Source of the DNA: Rhodocyclaceae bacterium
Lineage (GTDB): Bacteria; Pseudomonadota; Gammaproteobacteria; Burkholderiales; Rhodocyclaceae
Assembly (NCBI GenBank): GCA_016791085.1
Contig: JAEUNN010000345.1
Span: 1-29,121, forward strand
Direction of reading: 5' to 3'
DNA: 29,121 bases
Positions 1 to 10,165 of this stretch are shown here, piece after piece. Numbering within the stretch: position 1 is the stretch's first letter; the number at the start of each line of letters is the position of its first letter. Below the pieces are notes generated by a model. It was not told where the DNA came from. It saw only the letters and a program-made list of their open reading frames with translations, and did no database searches. Made by a program: the position numbers and the translations under genes.

Positions 1-35
1 TCATTCCCAACGCCACCTATCGCCGAGACCAGCCC

Positions 36-2807
36 ATGCCGAACGACAGCGGCAAGCCCGCCGAGGGCACCGACAAGGACGCGCCCCTGCGCGAAGACAT
101 ACGCCTGCTGGGCCGCGTGCTCGGCGACACCGTGCGCACCCAGGCCGGCGAACAAATGTTCGACATGGTCGAGCGCATACGCCAGAACGCGCTAAGTTTC
201 CGCCGCGACGCCAACGAACAGGCGCGGCGCGCGCTGGAAGCCATACTGGACGGCCTGTCGCGCGACGAAGCCATCGTCGTGGTGCGCGCCTTCAGCTATT
301 TTTCGCACCTCGCCAACATCGCCGAGGACCAGCACCACACGCGCCGCTCGCGCGAACACGCCATCAAGGGCTCGGCACCGCGCGCGGGCAGCCTGTCGTA
401 TGCGCTGGACCGCGCCCAGCAGGCCGGCCTCGACGCGTTTGCGCTGCGCAGCTTTTTCGACAATGCGCACATAGGCGCCATCCTGACCGCGCATCCCACC
501 GAAGTGCAGCGCAAAAGCATCCTGGATTGCGAATTCAAGATTGCCGCGCTGCTGCAACAGCGCGCGCGCATGCAACTGACTCCGGACGAACAGGACGCCG
601 CCGAAGAACAACTGCGCGCCGCCGTCATGCTGCTGTGGCAGACGCGCATGTTGCGCATGGCGCGCCTGTCGGTGCTGGACGAAGTTGCCAACGGGCTGTC
701 GTATTTCAACGCCACCTTCCTGCAGGAACTGCCGGCGTTGCATAACCGGCTCGAAGACGAACTGGCGCGCCGCTATGGCGAAAGGAAGCGTGCCGAACTG
801 AAGCCTTTCCTGCGCATAGGTTCATGGATAGGCGGTGACCGCGACGGCAACCCCTTCGTGACGGCGGACGTGCTGCGCGCCACCACGCGCATGCAATCGG
901 CGCGGGTCATGGAGTTCTATTTCGACGAACTGCACAAACTGGGCGGAGAAATGTCGCCCACCACGCGGCTCGTGACGGTAAGCCGCAGCGTACTGGCGAT
1001 GGCCGAAAGCTCGCCGGACCACTCTTCGCACCGCGAGGACGAACCTTACCGCCGCGCCGTGTCGCTCATTTACGCGCGGCTCGCGGCCACCGCGCGCGAA
1101 CTGGACCAGTACGAAGCGCTGCGCCACGAAGCCGGCGCCGCGCCGCGCTATGCAAGCGCCGCGGAATTCAAGACCGACCTCGACAGCCTGCACGAATCGC
1201 TACTTGCCAATGGCGGCGAATTGCTCGCACGCGGGCGGCTGCGGTCCTTGCGGCGTGCCGTGGAACTATTCGGCTTTCACCTGGCGTCGGTGGACCTGCG
1301 CCAGAATTCCGACGTGCACGAACGCATGGTGGCGGAACTATTGCGCGCCGGCCGCCCCGGTACGCGCTATGCGGATCTCGACGAAGAAGCGCGCATCAAA
1401 TTGCTGCTGGAAGAAATCGCCGGCGCGCGCCCGCTGTATTCGCCCTATGTCGATTATTCCGAAGAAACCCGCGGCGAACTCGAAATTCTGCGCGCCTGCG
1501 CGCAAATCCAGGAGCGCCTGGGCGCCGCCGCGGTGCCCAACTACATCATTTCCAAAACCGACGGCGTATCGGACCTGCTGGAAGTTGCGCTGCTGCTCAA
1601 GGAATTCGGCCTGTTGCGGCCGCTGCAGGAAAAGCTCGCGGTCAACATCATCCCGCTGTTCGAAACCATACCGGATTTGCGCAATGCCCCGGCCGTCATG
1701 GACCGCCTGTTCGGCCTGCCCGGTTACCGGCGCCTGCTCGCCTCGCGCGGCCACGTGCAGGAAGTCATGCTGGGCTATTCCGACAGCAACAAGGACGGCG
1801 GCTTCCTGACCTCGGGCTGGGAGCTGTACAAGGCGCAGGTCGCGCTGGTCGAAGTATTCCGCCGCCACGGCGTGAAGCCGCGCCTGTTCCACGGCCGCGG
1901 CGGCAGCGTGGGACGCGGCGGCGGCCCCAGCTACCAGGCCATCCTGGCCCAGCCCGGCGGCGCCGTGCAAGGCCAGATACGCATTACCGAACAGGGCGAA
2001 GTCATCGCGTCGAAATACGCCAACCCGGAAGTCGGCCGCCGCAATCTCGAAACCCTGGCCGCGGCCACGCTGGAAGCCACGCTGTTGCCGCATGAATCCG
2101 GCCCGCCGCCGGCGGAATATCTGGCAAGCATGGAAGCACTGTCCTGCGTGGCCTATGCGGCTTACCGCGCGCTGGTATACGAAACACCCGGCTTCGAGCG
2201 CTATTTCTGGGAATCCACGGTAATCGGCGAAATCGCCGAACTGAACATAGGTTCGCGCCCGGCCTCGCGCAAAAAAAGCACGGCGATCACCGATTTGCGC
2301 GCCATACCCTGGGTATTTTCGTGGGCCCAATGCCGCATCATGCTGCCCGGCTGGTACGGCTTCGGCAGCGCCGTGCGCGCCTATCTGGCCGACCATCCGG
2401 ACGGCCTGGACGTGCTGCAGGCCATGCACAGGAACTGGCCGTTTTTCGCCACCCTGGTGTCCAACATGGACATGGTGTTCGCCAAAACCGACCTCGCGAT
2501 CGCCTCGCGCTATGCCGAACTGGTGTCCGACGTGGCGCTGCGCAACGAAATTTTCGGGCGCATCAAGGACGAATGGCAATCCACGCTGGACGCGCTGTAT
2601 GCCATCACCGGCAAGCAGGAACTGCTGTCCGACAATCCGCTGCTGGCGCGCTCGATCCGCAACCGCTTCCCGTATCTGGACCCGCTCAACCACATCCAGG
2701 TCGAACTGATGCGCCGCTATCGCGCCGGCGACCACCAGGAGCGCACCAAGCGCGCCATACATCTGACCATCAATGGCGTGGCGGCGGGCTTGCGCAACAG
2801 CGGATAG
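36..2807 (+). CDS. ppc: Phosphoenolpyruvate carboxylase (923 aa)
   Basis: Full-length ORF. The translation is recognisably PEP carboxylase: TAHPTE near residue 150, [24 protein letters not shown], and a C-terminal ...[13 protein letters not shown] end. Length is typical of bacterial Ppc. Confidence 0.95.
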   Translation: MPNDSGKPAEGTDKDAPLREDIRLLGRVLGDTVRTQAGEQMFDMVERIRQNALSFRRDANEQARRALEAILDGLSRDEAIVVVRAFSYFSHLANIAEDQHHTRRSREHAIKGSAPRAGSLSYALDRAQQAGLDAFALRSFFDNAHIGAILTAHPTEVQRKSILDCEFKIAALLQQRARMQLTPDEQDAAEEQLRAAVMLLWQTRMLRMARLSVLDEVANGLSYFNATFLQELPALHNRLEDELARRYGERKRAELKPFLRIGSWIGGDRDGNPFVTADVLRATTRMQSARVMEFYFDELHKLGGEMSPTTRLVTVSRSVLAMAESSPDHSSHREDEPYRRAVSLIYARLAATARELDQYEALRHEAGAAPRYASAAEFKTDLDSLHESLLANGGELLARGRLRSLRRAVELFGFHLASVDLRQNSDVHERMVAELLRAGRPGTRYADLDEEARIKLLLEEIAGARPLYSPYVDYSEETRGELEILRACAQIQERLGAAAVPNYIISKTDGVSDLLEVALLLKEFGLLRPLQEKLAVNIIPLFETIPDLRNAPAVMDRLFGLPGYRRLLASRGHVQEVMLGYSDSNKDGGFLTSGWELYKAQVALVEVFRRHGVKPRLFHGRGGSVGRGGGPSYQAILAQPGGAVQGQIRITEQGEVIASKYANPEVGRRNLETLAAATLEATLLPHESGPPPAEYLASMEALSCVAYAAYRALVYETPGFERYFWESTVIGEIAELNIGSRPASRKKSTAITDLRAIPWVFSWAQCRIMLPGWYGFGSAVRAYLADHPDGLDVLQAMHRNWPFFATLVSNMDMVFAKTDLAIASRYAELVSDVALRNEIFGRIKDEWQSTLDALYAITGKQELLSDNPLLARSIRNRFPYLDPLNHIQVELMRRYRAGDHQERTKRAIHLTINGVAAGLRNSG

Positions 2808-3194
2808 GCGCCCAGCCCTAACTCCCCGCCGCGCGGCGCGCCGGGCCCCAATCCCGGCTGCGCCGGAATGTCGAAGCTGAGCGGCCCGGCCGCGCCAGTT
2901 GCCGCGCCCCCACGGCCTGCCCGCCGACCGGCCCGGGTGCCGCCGGGCGGATCGCGCCGCCCATGCCGGCGCCCATGCCGGGCCAGCCGCGCCATCCGTC
3001 TGCCAAACCGCCGCAGCGCGCCATTCCGACTAAAGCCGGTGCCGCAACAGCCGTAATAGCGCGCGACGGCTAGCAACGAAGGGCTCCATGCGGCACGGTC
3101 CGCCGGCCCGCTGCGATGACGCCGTCAAGGCACCGGGAAGCGGCATGCACGCTGCCCGGCCGGCACGTCCAACCCTGCACGAAACACCGCAATC

Positions 3195-5567
3195 ATGCTC
3201 AATCGATTTTCGGTAAAAACCCGCCTGATGGCGCTCATGGTCGCCATCCTTGGAATGATCGCGGTCGGCACGCTGATCGGCCTGGGCGGCATGCGTGCTG
3301 CCAATAACGGCATGCACGTCATTTACGCCGAAAAGCTCGAACCGGCCACCATGGCCGGCCGCGTGCTGCGGCTCATGAACGAAAACCGCGCGCAGGTCAT
3401 GCTGGCGCTGCAGCACAACCCGGAAAACCCGTTTTCCAAACTGCACGACCACGCGGTCGACAAGCACCTCGAAGCGATCGCCAAAAATCGCGACGAAATC
3501 ACGGCCATCGTCGACGTCTTTTCCAAACGCGAACTGAGCGCCGACGAGCGCCACCTGCTCGAACAGTACGCGGCCGCCCGCGCGCACTATGTCAAGGACG
3601 GACTTGCGGTGGCGGTCGCCCACATCCGGGCGAACGACTATATGGCCGCCACGCGCACGCTGCTGGATGTGATCAATCCGGCTTATGCCGACGCGTCGGC
3701 CAAGGCCGAAACCCTGCTGGCGTTCTACGTGGATAGCGCGAAAACCGAAAACACCACGCTGGAAACCGCCTACCGCTGGATATTCGGCGCGGGACTGAGC
3801 CTGGGTCTGGTGGCAATGGTGGTGGTACTGGTGGCCAGTATTTCCATCGCACACAGCATCACGCGCCCGCTCGACCGTGCCGTGCAGGTCGCCGACGCGA
3901 TCGCCGCCGATCGCCTGGACAACCGCATCGACGTGGACGGCCGCGACGAACTGGCCGCGCTGCTTACCGCGCTCGCGCGCATGCAGACCAGTCTTAACGA
4001 GCGCATAGGTGCCGAGCGGGAACTGGCGCGCGAATCGCTGCGCATACGCAACGCGCTGGACAAATGTTCCACCAACGTCATGCTGGCCGACACGGATGGG
4101 CGCATCCTCTATCTGAACGAGGCGCTAGCCGCCACGCTGCGCGCGGCCCAGACCGACATCCGCAAGGATCTGCCGGGTTTCGACGCTGCCACTCTGGTGG
4201 GGCGCAACTTTGACGACTTCCACCGCAACCCGGCGCACCAGCGCAATTTACTTGCCGGACTGAGCGGTTCGCACCGGGCGGAAATTCATGTGGGTGGGCG
4301 CGATTTCCGGCTTACCGCCAATCCGGTCATGGACGCCGGCGGCGTGCGCATAGGCACGGTGCTGGAATGGCTGGACCGCACGCAGGAAGTGGCTATCGAA
4401 AACGAACTGGCGGACGTGCTCACGGCCGCCACGCGCGGCGACTTTTCGCGCCGCCTGACGCTCGACGGCAAACAGGGCTTTTTCCGCGAAGTGGCTTGCG
4501 GCCTCAACGAACTCACGGAACTTGTGGCGCGCGGCCTGCGCGAGGTGGCGGGCGTGCTGAATGCAATCGCGCGCGGCGAACTGAACGAGCACGTGAAGGG
4601 CGAATACGGCGGCACTTTCGGGCAATTGAAGAACGACACCAATGCCACCGTGGACCGGCTGCGCGACGTGGTCGGCCAGATCCAGGAAGCCAGCGAGGCG
4701 ATCAATACCGCCGCGTCGGAAATTGCCGCGGGCAACCGCGATCTTTCCGCGCGCACCGAAGAACAGGCCAGTTCGCTGCAGGAAACCGCCAGTTCCATGG
4801 AAGAACTTAACACCACGGTACGGCAGAACGCGGAAAACGCCCAGCGCGCGAACACGCTCGCTGCCAGCAGCAACGACGCGGCACGGCGCGGCGGTGAAAC
4901 CGTGCATGGCGTGGTGGCGACCATGGGCGAAATCCAGCGCTCCGCGCAGAAAATCGCCGACATCATAGGCGTGATCGACTCGATCGCCTTCCAGACCAAT
5001 ATCCTTGCCTTGAACGCCGCGGTCGAGGCCGCGCGCGCCGGCGAACAGGGCCGCGGCTTCGCCGTGGTGGCTTCGGAAGTGCGCGCGCTGGCGCAGCGCA
5101 GCGCGCAGGCCGCCAAAGAAATCAAGGGACTGATCGCCGCCTCCGTGGACAGCGTGAATAGCGGCGCCAAACTGGTGGGCCAGGCCGGCAAAACCATAGA
5201 AGAAGTGGTCGCCAGTTTCGGCGCGGTGGCGGAACTGGTCACCGACATTAGCGGCGCGAGCCGCGAACAAAGTTCCGGCATAGAACAGGTGACGGCGGCC
5301 GTCAATTCCATGGATGAAGTCACCCAGCAAAATGCCGCACTGGTCGAACAGGCCGCCGCCGCCGCGGAATCGCTGGAAGAACAGGCGCAAACCCTGTCGC
5401 GCGTGGTGGCCATGTTCCGTATCGACCGCGGCACCGGCAATGCCGCGCTTGCCGGCCAGCCGCGCGCCGCAGTCGCGCTGCCACGCACGGCTGCGGCGGC
5501 TGCCGTGAAAGCGCCGCTCAAAGCTGGCGCCTCAGCCCCGGCCAGCGAGGAGTGGGAAGAGTTCTGA
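3195..5567 (+). CDS. Methyl-accepting chemotaxis protein. N-terminal TM helix, periplasmic 4-helix-bundle ligand domain, TM2, HAMP, PAS domain, then MCP signalling domain; C-terminal ...EEWEEF.
   Basis: Hydrophobic segments [21 protein letters not shown] and [24 protein letters not shown] flank a ~170-aa periplasmic region. HAMP-like region follows TM2. A PAS-like block runs [21 protein letters not shown]...[16 protein letters not shown]. The highly conserved MCP signalling core ([24 protein letters not shown]...[40 protein letters not shown]) is present. Alternative start at Met 3228 is possible. Confidence 0.9.
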   Translation: MLNRFSVKTRLMALMVAILGMIAVGTLIGLGGMRAANNGMHVIYAEKLEPATMAGRVLRLMNENRAQVMLALQHNPENPFSKLHDHAVDKHLEAIAKNRDEITAIVDVFSKRELSADERHLLEQYAAARAHYVKDGLAVAVAHIRANDYMAATRTLLDVINPAYADASAKAETLLAFYVDSAKTENTTLETAYRWIFGAGLSLGLVAMVVVLVASISIAHSITRPLDRAVQVADAIAADRLDNRIDVDGRDELAALLTALARMQTSLNERIGAERELARESLRIRNALDKCSTNVMLADTDGRILYLNEALAATLRAAQTDIRKDLPGFDAATLVGRNFDDFHRNPAHQRNLLAGLSGSHRAEIHVGGRDFRLTANPVMDAGGVRIGTVLEWLDRTQEVAIENELADVLTAATRGDFSRRLTLDGKQGFFREVACGLNELTELVARGLREVAGVLNAIARGELNEHVKGEYGGTFGQLKNDTNATVDRLRDVVGQIQEASEAINTAASEIAAGNRDLSARTEEQASSLQETASSMEELNTTVRQNAENAQRANTLAASSNDAARRGGETVHGVVATMGEIQRSAQKIADIIGVIDSIAFQTNILALNAAVEAARAGEQGRGFAVVASEVRALAQRSAQAAKEIKGLIAASVDSVNSGAKLVGQAGKTIEEVVASFGAVAELVTDISGASREQSSGIEQVTAAVNSMDEVTQQNAALVEQAAAAAESLEEQAQTLSRVVAMFRIDRGTGNAALAGQPRAAVALPRTAAAAAVKAPLKAGASAPASEEWEEF

Positions 5568-5753
5568 TCGGCCGCGGCTGCGCGCGCGCGCCGCGCTCAA
5601 ACCTGCATTCCGCAGTTGGACGCCTGCGAGGGTGCGGCCGACGCCTGGTCCGGCCAGGCGCCCCGGCCCGCTTGGGGCGGTGCTCCACATCCCGGCCACG
5701 AAATGCGCGCCCGGCCGCCGCCGGCGCACCGCTTGCGGCCTGGCGGCTGCCGT

Positions 5754-6782
5754 TCAGCCGGCTTCCACGATGACGCAGCCCTCGCCATCGCGCAGGCGCA
5801 AATCCACGTCCACGAAACGCCTGACCACCTCGATATTGGTTTGCAGGTGCGAGGAGCAGAGCGCACTCGTGTATCGCCCCCGGCCGGCCAGCGCGAGCGG
5901 AATCACGAGCTGATCGGCAAGGTGCTCCGCCACGGCCGCGCGCGAACGTTCGTAGGTCTGCACGTGTTTCAGCAGCCGCGCCGCGACGGTTTCCGAAGGC
6001 AGGCCGCGCGCGCCGAAACTCGTGAATAGTTCGGTGCAGTGCGCATGGCGCAGTTCCAGCATGAGTGCATTGCCCGGCCCTTCACCGGCCGGCAATTGGC
6101 GTATTTCCTGTTGCGCCTGCGGCTTGCGGCGCGCCACCGCGTCCAGTTCGCGGCGCGCGATTTCGCCTGGAATGCCGGCCACCACGGCAATCGCGGTGGT
6201 CCCCAGCAGTGCGCCGCGCTCCATGAGGCAAAGCGGCTGCAAAGCGCCTTGCGGGCGCACGCGCGCCAGCACGGCGCCGCCGCCGGCCGGATAAAAGCCG
6301 TGGCGCTGCAATTCCACGTCCATGTCCACCCCCATGGTGCGCAACAGCGGCAACCAGGCGCGCAGCAAAAAATCCACCGGCGGCGCCGCGGGGTTGTGCG
6401 TGCCGCCGCTCACCAGCAAGCTGGCCGGCGCGTCGGCGAACCACAGCGCGGGCAACAGGGTTTGCAGCACCAGCGTGCATGAACCGGCGGTCCCGATGGC
6501 AAAGCGGTAATCCCCGCCGCGAATTTTGCCGGGTACGAATTGCAGCGTTTGCGAACCGGGGTGAGCGCCGTCTACCGTCGCGCCGCTTATTGCGGCGGCC
6601 GCCTGCACGGCCGTGAGATGCTGGCGCAACAGGCCGGGTTTGGGCCGGCGCGCGCGTATGCGCTCGATACGAAACGGCCGGCCCGTAATCATGGACAGCG
6701 TCAGCGCGCTGCGCAGGATTTGGCCGCCGCCCTCGCCTTGCGAACCATCCAGATCCAGCGCCTTGTTTGCAGTTTTTTCCAC
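5754..6782 (-). CDS. rtcA: RNA 3'-terminal phosphate cyclase RtcA (342 aa), GTG start
   Basis: Translation ...LDLDGSQGEGGGQILRSALTLSMITGRPFRIERIRARRPKPGLLRQHLTAVQAAA... matches the RtcA N-terminal signature (GEGGGQILR...KPGL). It sits 24 nt downstream of rtcB on the same strand. Reverse-complementing 6780-6782 gives GTG as the start codon. Confidence 0.9.
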   Translation of the reverse strand: MEKTANKALDLDGSQGEGGGQILRSALTLSMITGRPFRIERIRARRPKPGLLRQHLTAVQAAAAISGATVDGAHPGSQTLQFVPGKIRGGDYRFAIGTAGSCTLVLQTLLPALWFADAPASLLVSGGTHNPAAPPVDFLLRAWLPLLRTMGVDMDVELQRHGFYPAGGGAVLARVRPQGALQPLCLMERGALLGTTAIAVVAGIPGEIARRELDAVARRKPQAQQEIRQLPAGEGPGNALMLELRHAHCTELFTSFGARGLPSETVAARLLKHVQTYERSRAAVAEHLADQLVIPLALAGRGRYTSALCSSHLQTNIEVVRRFVDVDLRLRDGEGCVIVEAG

Positions 6783-6806
6783 TTTGCGTCCCGTTCCGCC
6801 CCGCGC

Positions 6807-8024
6807 TCAGCCTTTCACACAAACCACCTGGCGCAAGGTATGCACGATTTCCACCAGTTCCCGCTGCGCCCGCATGACCGCGTCTATGTCCTTGTACGCC
6901 ATGGGGATTTCGTCTATCACCGCGGCGTCCTTGCGGCACTCGACGTGGGCGGTCGCGCGCACCTGGTCCTCCACGCTGAAACGGCGCTTGGCGGCATTGC
7001 GGCTCATGCTGCGGCCGGCGCCGTGGCTGCAGGAACAGAACGATTCGGCGTTGCCCAGCCCGCGCACGATAAAGCTTTTCGCGCCCATCGAGCCCGGAAT
7101 GATGCCCAGTTCGCCGCGCCGCGCCGATACCGCGCCCTTGCGCGTGACCAGCAGTTCGGTGCCGAAATGGGTTTCGCGCTGCACGTAGTTGTGATGGCAA
7201 TTCACGGCTTCGACAGCGGCCGTGAAGGGCTTGGTGATCACACTGCGCGTTGCCGCGACCACCGCCTGCATCATGAGCTGGCGGTTCGTGCGCGCATAGT
7301 CCTGCGCCCAGCCGACGGCTTCCACATAGTCGTCGAAATGCGCGCTGCCTTCGCGGAAATACGCCAGATCGCGGTCCGGCAGGTTGGCGATGTGCTCGCG
7401 CATGTCGTCCTGCGCCAGCGTGATGAACAGGCTGCCTATGGCATTGCCGACGCCGCGAGAACCCGAGTGCAGCATGAACCACACGCGCTCGGCCTGGTCC
7501 AGACACACTTCTATGAAGTGGTTGCCGGTGCCCAGGGTGCCCAGGTGCTGGCGGTTGTTGGTGTTCTTGAGGCGCGGGTATTTTTCCGTGATGCGCGCGA
7601 AACCCGGCAGCAACTCGGCCCAGGCCGCATCCACGGCAGCCGGCGGATTTTCCCAGGCGCCCACGTCGCGCCCCTTGCGCGGCGGCGTACGGCCGCAGGG
7701 CACGGCGCGCTCGATGGCGGCGCGCAGCGCGTGCAGGCTGTCGGGCAGGTCGGCCGCCGTGAGCGAACTGCACGCGGCCATCATGCCGCAGCCTATATCC
7801 ACGCCCACCGCGGCCGGAATGATGGCGCCGCGCGTGGGGATCACGCTGCCTATGGTGGAGCCCTTGCCCAGATGCACGTCCGGCATCACGGCGATGTGGC
7901 TGTGGATGAACGGCATGCGCGCGGTATTCATGAGTTGCGCGCGCGCCTCGTCCTCGACCGGCACACCGGCGGTCCACATTTTGATGGGTTTGCCGTGTTC
8001 GACTTCGAGTATCTGATAGTCCAT
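6807..8024 (-). CDS. rtcB: RNA-splicing ligase RtcB (405 aa)
   Basis: MDYQILEVEHG...MPDVHLGKGSTIGSV...GVDIGCGMMA...NCHHNYV...SHGAGRS motifs are typical of the RtcB 3'-phosphate RNA ligase family. Length (~405 aa) fits. Confidence 0.93.
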   Translation of the reverse strand: MDYQILEVEHGKPIKMWTAGVPVEDEARAQLMNTARMPFIHSHIAVMPDVHLGKGSTIGSVIPTRGAIIPAAVGVDIGCGMMAACSSLTAADLPDSLHALRAAIERAVPCGRTPPRKGRDVGAWENPPAAVDAAWAELLPGFARITEKYPRLKNTNNRQHLGTLGTGNHFIEVCLDQAERVWFMLHSGSRGVGNAIGSLFITLAQDDMREHIANLPDRDLAYFREGSAHFDDYVEAVGWAQDYARTNRQLMMQAVVAATRSVITKPFTAAVEAVNCHHNYVQRETHFGTELLVTRKGAVSARRGELGIIPGSMGAKSFIVRGLGNAESFCSCSHGAGRSMSRNAAKRRFSVEDQVRATAHVECRKDAAVIDEIPMAYKDIDAVMRAQRELVEIVHTLRQVVCVKG

Positions 8025-8039
8025 GTCCTGGGCTCCGTT

Positions 8040-8462
8040 TCAGTCCTGAGCGGCAAGCCGCGCCGCTTTGCGCAGCTTGCCTTCGATCTGTGCGCGCCGT
8101 GCGCAAGCCACGCGCCGGCGTTCGGCCGCGCGGCAGGCCGCACAGCGGCGCGCGCTGGTAAATATGCCGCCCTTGGCGACTTCGTACCACCAGCGCTGGC
8201 GTTCGGCGGTCCACAGGCAGTCGGCACCGCAATCCTTGCAGCGGAATGCGACATCCTCGTACCAGCCGCGGCGCGCATAGGCCGGCAGGTCATAACTGTT
8301 GTCGGGTGCGAGCCGTTCCACGCATACCGCCACGCGGCCGGCTCCGGGCCTTGCCGGCACGGCTTGCGGCGGCGCCAGGTCGAGCGCGCGCTTGGCCGCG
8401 CGGCGCCGGCGTGCGGCGCGCAATTCGTCGCGCCGCTGTTTTCCGCTTTTGCAGGTTTTCAT
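8040..8462 (-). CDS. Small basic zinc-ribbon protein of unknown function (~140 aa), located between the SPFH gene and rtcB
   Basis: The ORF is 8040..8486. An internal ATG at 8462 (MKTCKSGKQRR...) is preceded by GGAGG 7 nt upstream, so it is the likely start. The protein has paired Cys motifs (CKDCGADC ... CAACRAAERRRVAC) consistent with a zinc ribbon. It is Arg/Lys-rich, possibly nucleic-acid binding. Host-like codon usage. No recognisable family from memory. Confidence 0.5.
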   Translation of the reverse strand: MKTCKSGKQRRDELRAARRRRAAKRALDLAPPQAVPARPGAGRVAVCVERLAPDNSYDLPAYARRGWYEDVAFRCKDCGADCLWTAERQRWWYEVAKGGIFTSARRCAACRAAERRRVACARRAQIEGKLRKAARLAAQD

Positions 8463-8526
8463 GGTTTTGCCTCCAGCCGCTTGCATTTCAATTCAGGAAG
8501 TAACACCGCGGCGCCCTTGCGCGCGG

Positions 8527-9672
8527 CTAGGGTGCGATCCGCACCAGCCCGTTCAACACCTGGTCCAGGCCGCCGAATACCGAAATGCGGTCTATGCGCT
8601 CGGCGAGTTTTTCCAAGGTTTCCAGCTCTTTGAGCCGCAGCGCGGTGGGGTTGTCCTCCATCACCTTGGCGGTATTGAGCAGCGAGCGCGTGGCCGCGGT
8701 TTCTTCGCGCCGTCGCACCACATTGGCCTGGGCCGCCTTTTCGGCTTCCACCACTTGAGCCAGGATGGTTTTCATTTCCCCGGGCAGCACGATGTCCTTG
8801 ACGCCGGCGCTCGCCACTTCCAGCCCGTAAGCGTCGAATTTGCGGCGCACGTGAGCGCTCACGACTTCGTCGATGAGCTGCTTGTTTTCCAGCAGTTCGT
8901 CGAGGTTACGCGTTCCGACCGCGGCACGCAGACCGAATTGCAGCTCGCGGTACAGGTGCTCGGGCGGCTTGGCGAGCTTGTCGAACGCGCCCAGCACGTC
9001 CGTATAGCGCCAGGTGGCCGCGAAATTCACGCGCAGGCCCACCTTGTCGCGGGTAAGTATTTCCTGTCCGCTCACTTCCATGGTTTGCAGCCGCAGGTCC
9101 ACGAGTTCCACCTGCACCTCGCGGTTGTAGCGCCAGAAGCCCGCCGCACCGGGCGCGAGCAAACCTTCCACCCGTCCATCCACGCGCAGCACGCCGGCGT
9201 GGTAGGCCGGCACCTGCACCAGCAACAGGCCGTTCACGCCGGCCACGGCACGGCCGCGCAGCGCGGGCTGCAACAGGTGCGCCGTAAGCGCCGCCGGCAA
9301 GGCGGCGCCGGCGCGTAAATCCACGCGCTGCAGGCGATGGCGCAGCAAACCTTTCCAGAACACGCGGCGCGAACCCGGCGGCAGCACTTCCACCAGCACC
9401 TCGTTTTCGTAGCGCAGCGCGGCTTCGTCTTCACCGATATCCATGCACTCGAATTCGGCCGCCGCGGTTTCGGCGTCGTGCTGCAGCAGGTAGTCCACGG
9501 TGCTCAGTTCGGTCATGGGCGCATCGAGTTTCCAGACCACCAGCGACAGGCGGTTCATGGGATCGAAAAAGTGATGCCGTCCGGCACCCAGGATGCGTTC
9601 GAAATCGCCATCGCGCAGGAGGGCGCCGCGTTCGTTCTTTTTCACTACAAAGCGTTTCAACATGTTCATCAT
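8527..9672 (-). CDS. SPFH/band-7 (stomatin/prohibitin/slipin-like) family protein (~381 aa)
   Basis: The ORF extends to 9879, but its N-terminal 69 codons are Arg/Pro-rich GC artefact. Start is called at MMNMLKRF (ATG 9672), which has AAGGAAAAGG upstream. The body (...VDLRLQTMEVSGQEILTRDKVGLRVNFAATWRY...GLEVASAGVKDIVLPGEMKTILAQVVEAEKAAQANVVRRREETAATRSLLNTAKVM...) is a typical SPFH domain followed by a coiled-coil. Confidence 0.8.
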   Translation of the reverse strand: MMNMLKRFVVKKNERGALLRDGDFERILGAGRHHFFDPMNRLSLVVWKLDAPMTELSTVDYLLQHDAETAAAEFECMDIGEDEAALRYENEVLVEVLPPGSRRVFWKGLLRHRLQRVDLRAGAALPAALTAHLLQPALRGRAVAGVNGLLLVQVPAYHAGVLRVDGRVEGLLAPGAAGFWRYNREVQVELVDLRLQTMEVSGQEILTRDKVGLRVNFAATWRYTDVLGAFDKLAKPPEHLYRELQFGLRAAVGTRNLDELLENKQLIDEVVSAHVRRKFDAYGLEVASAGVKDIVLPGEMKTILAQVVEAEKAAQANVVRRREETAATRSLLNTAKVMEDNPTALRLKELETLEKLAERIDRISVFGGLDQVLNGLVRIAP

Positions 9673-9925
9673 CCTTTTCCTTGTTGCCGGCGGGCGCCGG
9701 TCCGGCGCGCTTCGCGGGCGGCGCGGGCGGGGAGGTGGGCAGGCGCAGCGGCTTGGGCCCGCGCCGCCCGGCCGCGCTATCGCGCAGCGCCTGGCGCCGG
9801 CCTTCCACCGCCGCGCCCGCCACCCTGCCGCCGACGCGGACCGGGTTGCGGGCCGGACCGGCGGCGGGTGCTTGCGCATGCCGCAGCCGGCGGGTACTGC
9901 TGGACTAGGGTCCTTGCGGACCGCA

Positions 9926-9990
9926 TGGAGCGGGAGTCGAACCCGCGACCGGCCGTTTTCACGGCTGCTCTACCCGACTGAGCTATCCAG
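9926..9990 (-). ncRNA. tRNA-like module (cloverleaf-like, with GAAA-tetraloop hairpin in place of an anticodon arm). Candidate Y-RNA/YrlA-like or tRNA-mimic RNA.
   Basis: Minus-strand sequence: CTGGA-TA-GCTC-AGTCGGGTA-GAGC-A-GCCGT-GAAA-ACGGC-CGGTC-GCGGG-TTCGACT-CCCGC-TCCA. There is a canonical D-arm (GCTC/GAGC, loop with GG) and a canonical T-arm (GCGGG TTCGACT CCCGC). A 5-bp hairpin closed by a GNRA tetraloop sits where the anticodon stem-loop would be. The acceptor stem is only 4 bp (TGGA/TCCA), with no 3' CCA. It is followed by the hairpin GGTCC-GCAA-GGACC (plus 9909-9922). Confidence 0.45.
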
Positions 9991-10040
9991 TGGCGGGCGT
10001 GCCGGGAATCGAACCCGGTAGACCCCGACGGTCACGCCCC
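9991..10040 (-). ncRNA. tRNA minihelix-like module (7-bp acceptor stem + T-arm + discriminator + CCA, no D or anticodon arms)
   Basis: Minus-strand sequence: G-GGGCGTG-ACCGTCGGGGTCTA-CCGGG-TTCGATT-CCCGG-CACGCCC-G-CCA. Acceptor strands GGGCGTG/CACGCCC are perfectly complementary. The T-arm has the consensus TTCGAxT loop. A genomically encoded CCA is present. It lies immediately 5' of the cloverleaf-like module on the same strand. Confidence 0.4.
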
Positions 10041-10165
10041 AACGATCACGATTGCCACGGCGGCATGCGCGGACACGACAGACCGGGATCCGGTTTCCGC
10101 GCACCGGCGGGGTTGCAGAGCCCCGGCCCGTGGGCATTTGCGGCAATGCCGCGATCGCTGTGAAT

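Noticed and set aside
1338-2762. 474-aa minus-strand ORF antisense to ppc, plus many other 60-200-aa ORFs overlapping ppc in other frames
   Set aside because: Arg/Ala/Gly-rich, low-complexity translations typical of stop-codon-poor antisense frames in ~68% GC DNA. They lie fully inside a well-supported gene.
2808-3194. 387-bp GC-rich intergenic region upstream of the MCP gene, with ORFs 2868..3056 and 2717..3076
   Set aside because: ORFs are Pro/Arg/Ala-rich artefacts. No clear promoter, terminator or structured-RNA signature could be supported by eye.
6082-8633. 716-aa minus-strand and 697-aa plus-strand ORFs spanning rtcA/rtcB, and 3030..3854 (-), 4248..5521 (-) inside the MCP gene
   Set aside because: GC-rich out-of-frame or antisense artefacts with RG/RA-rich composition. 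The real genes rtcA, rtcB and the MCP have strong family-level matches in the other frames.
9673-9879. N-terminal 69-codon extension of the SPFH ORF (MRKHPPPVRPATRS...)
   Set aside because: Arg/Pro-rich junk translation of GC-rich leader. An internal ATG (9672) with an AAGGA-type RBS gives the conserved MMNMLKRF start.
9926-10040. Possibility that the tRNA-like elements are two bona fide tRNA genes
   Set aside because: One lacks D and anticodon arms entirely. The other has a 4-nt GAAA loop instead of a 7-nt anticodon loop and only a 4-bp acceptor stem with no CCA. Neither can decode. Kept as ncRNA/tRNA-mimic candidates instead.
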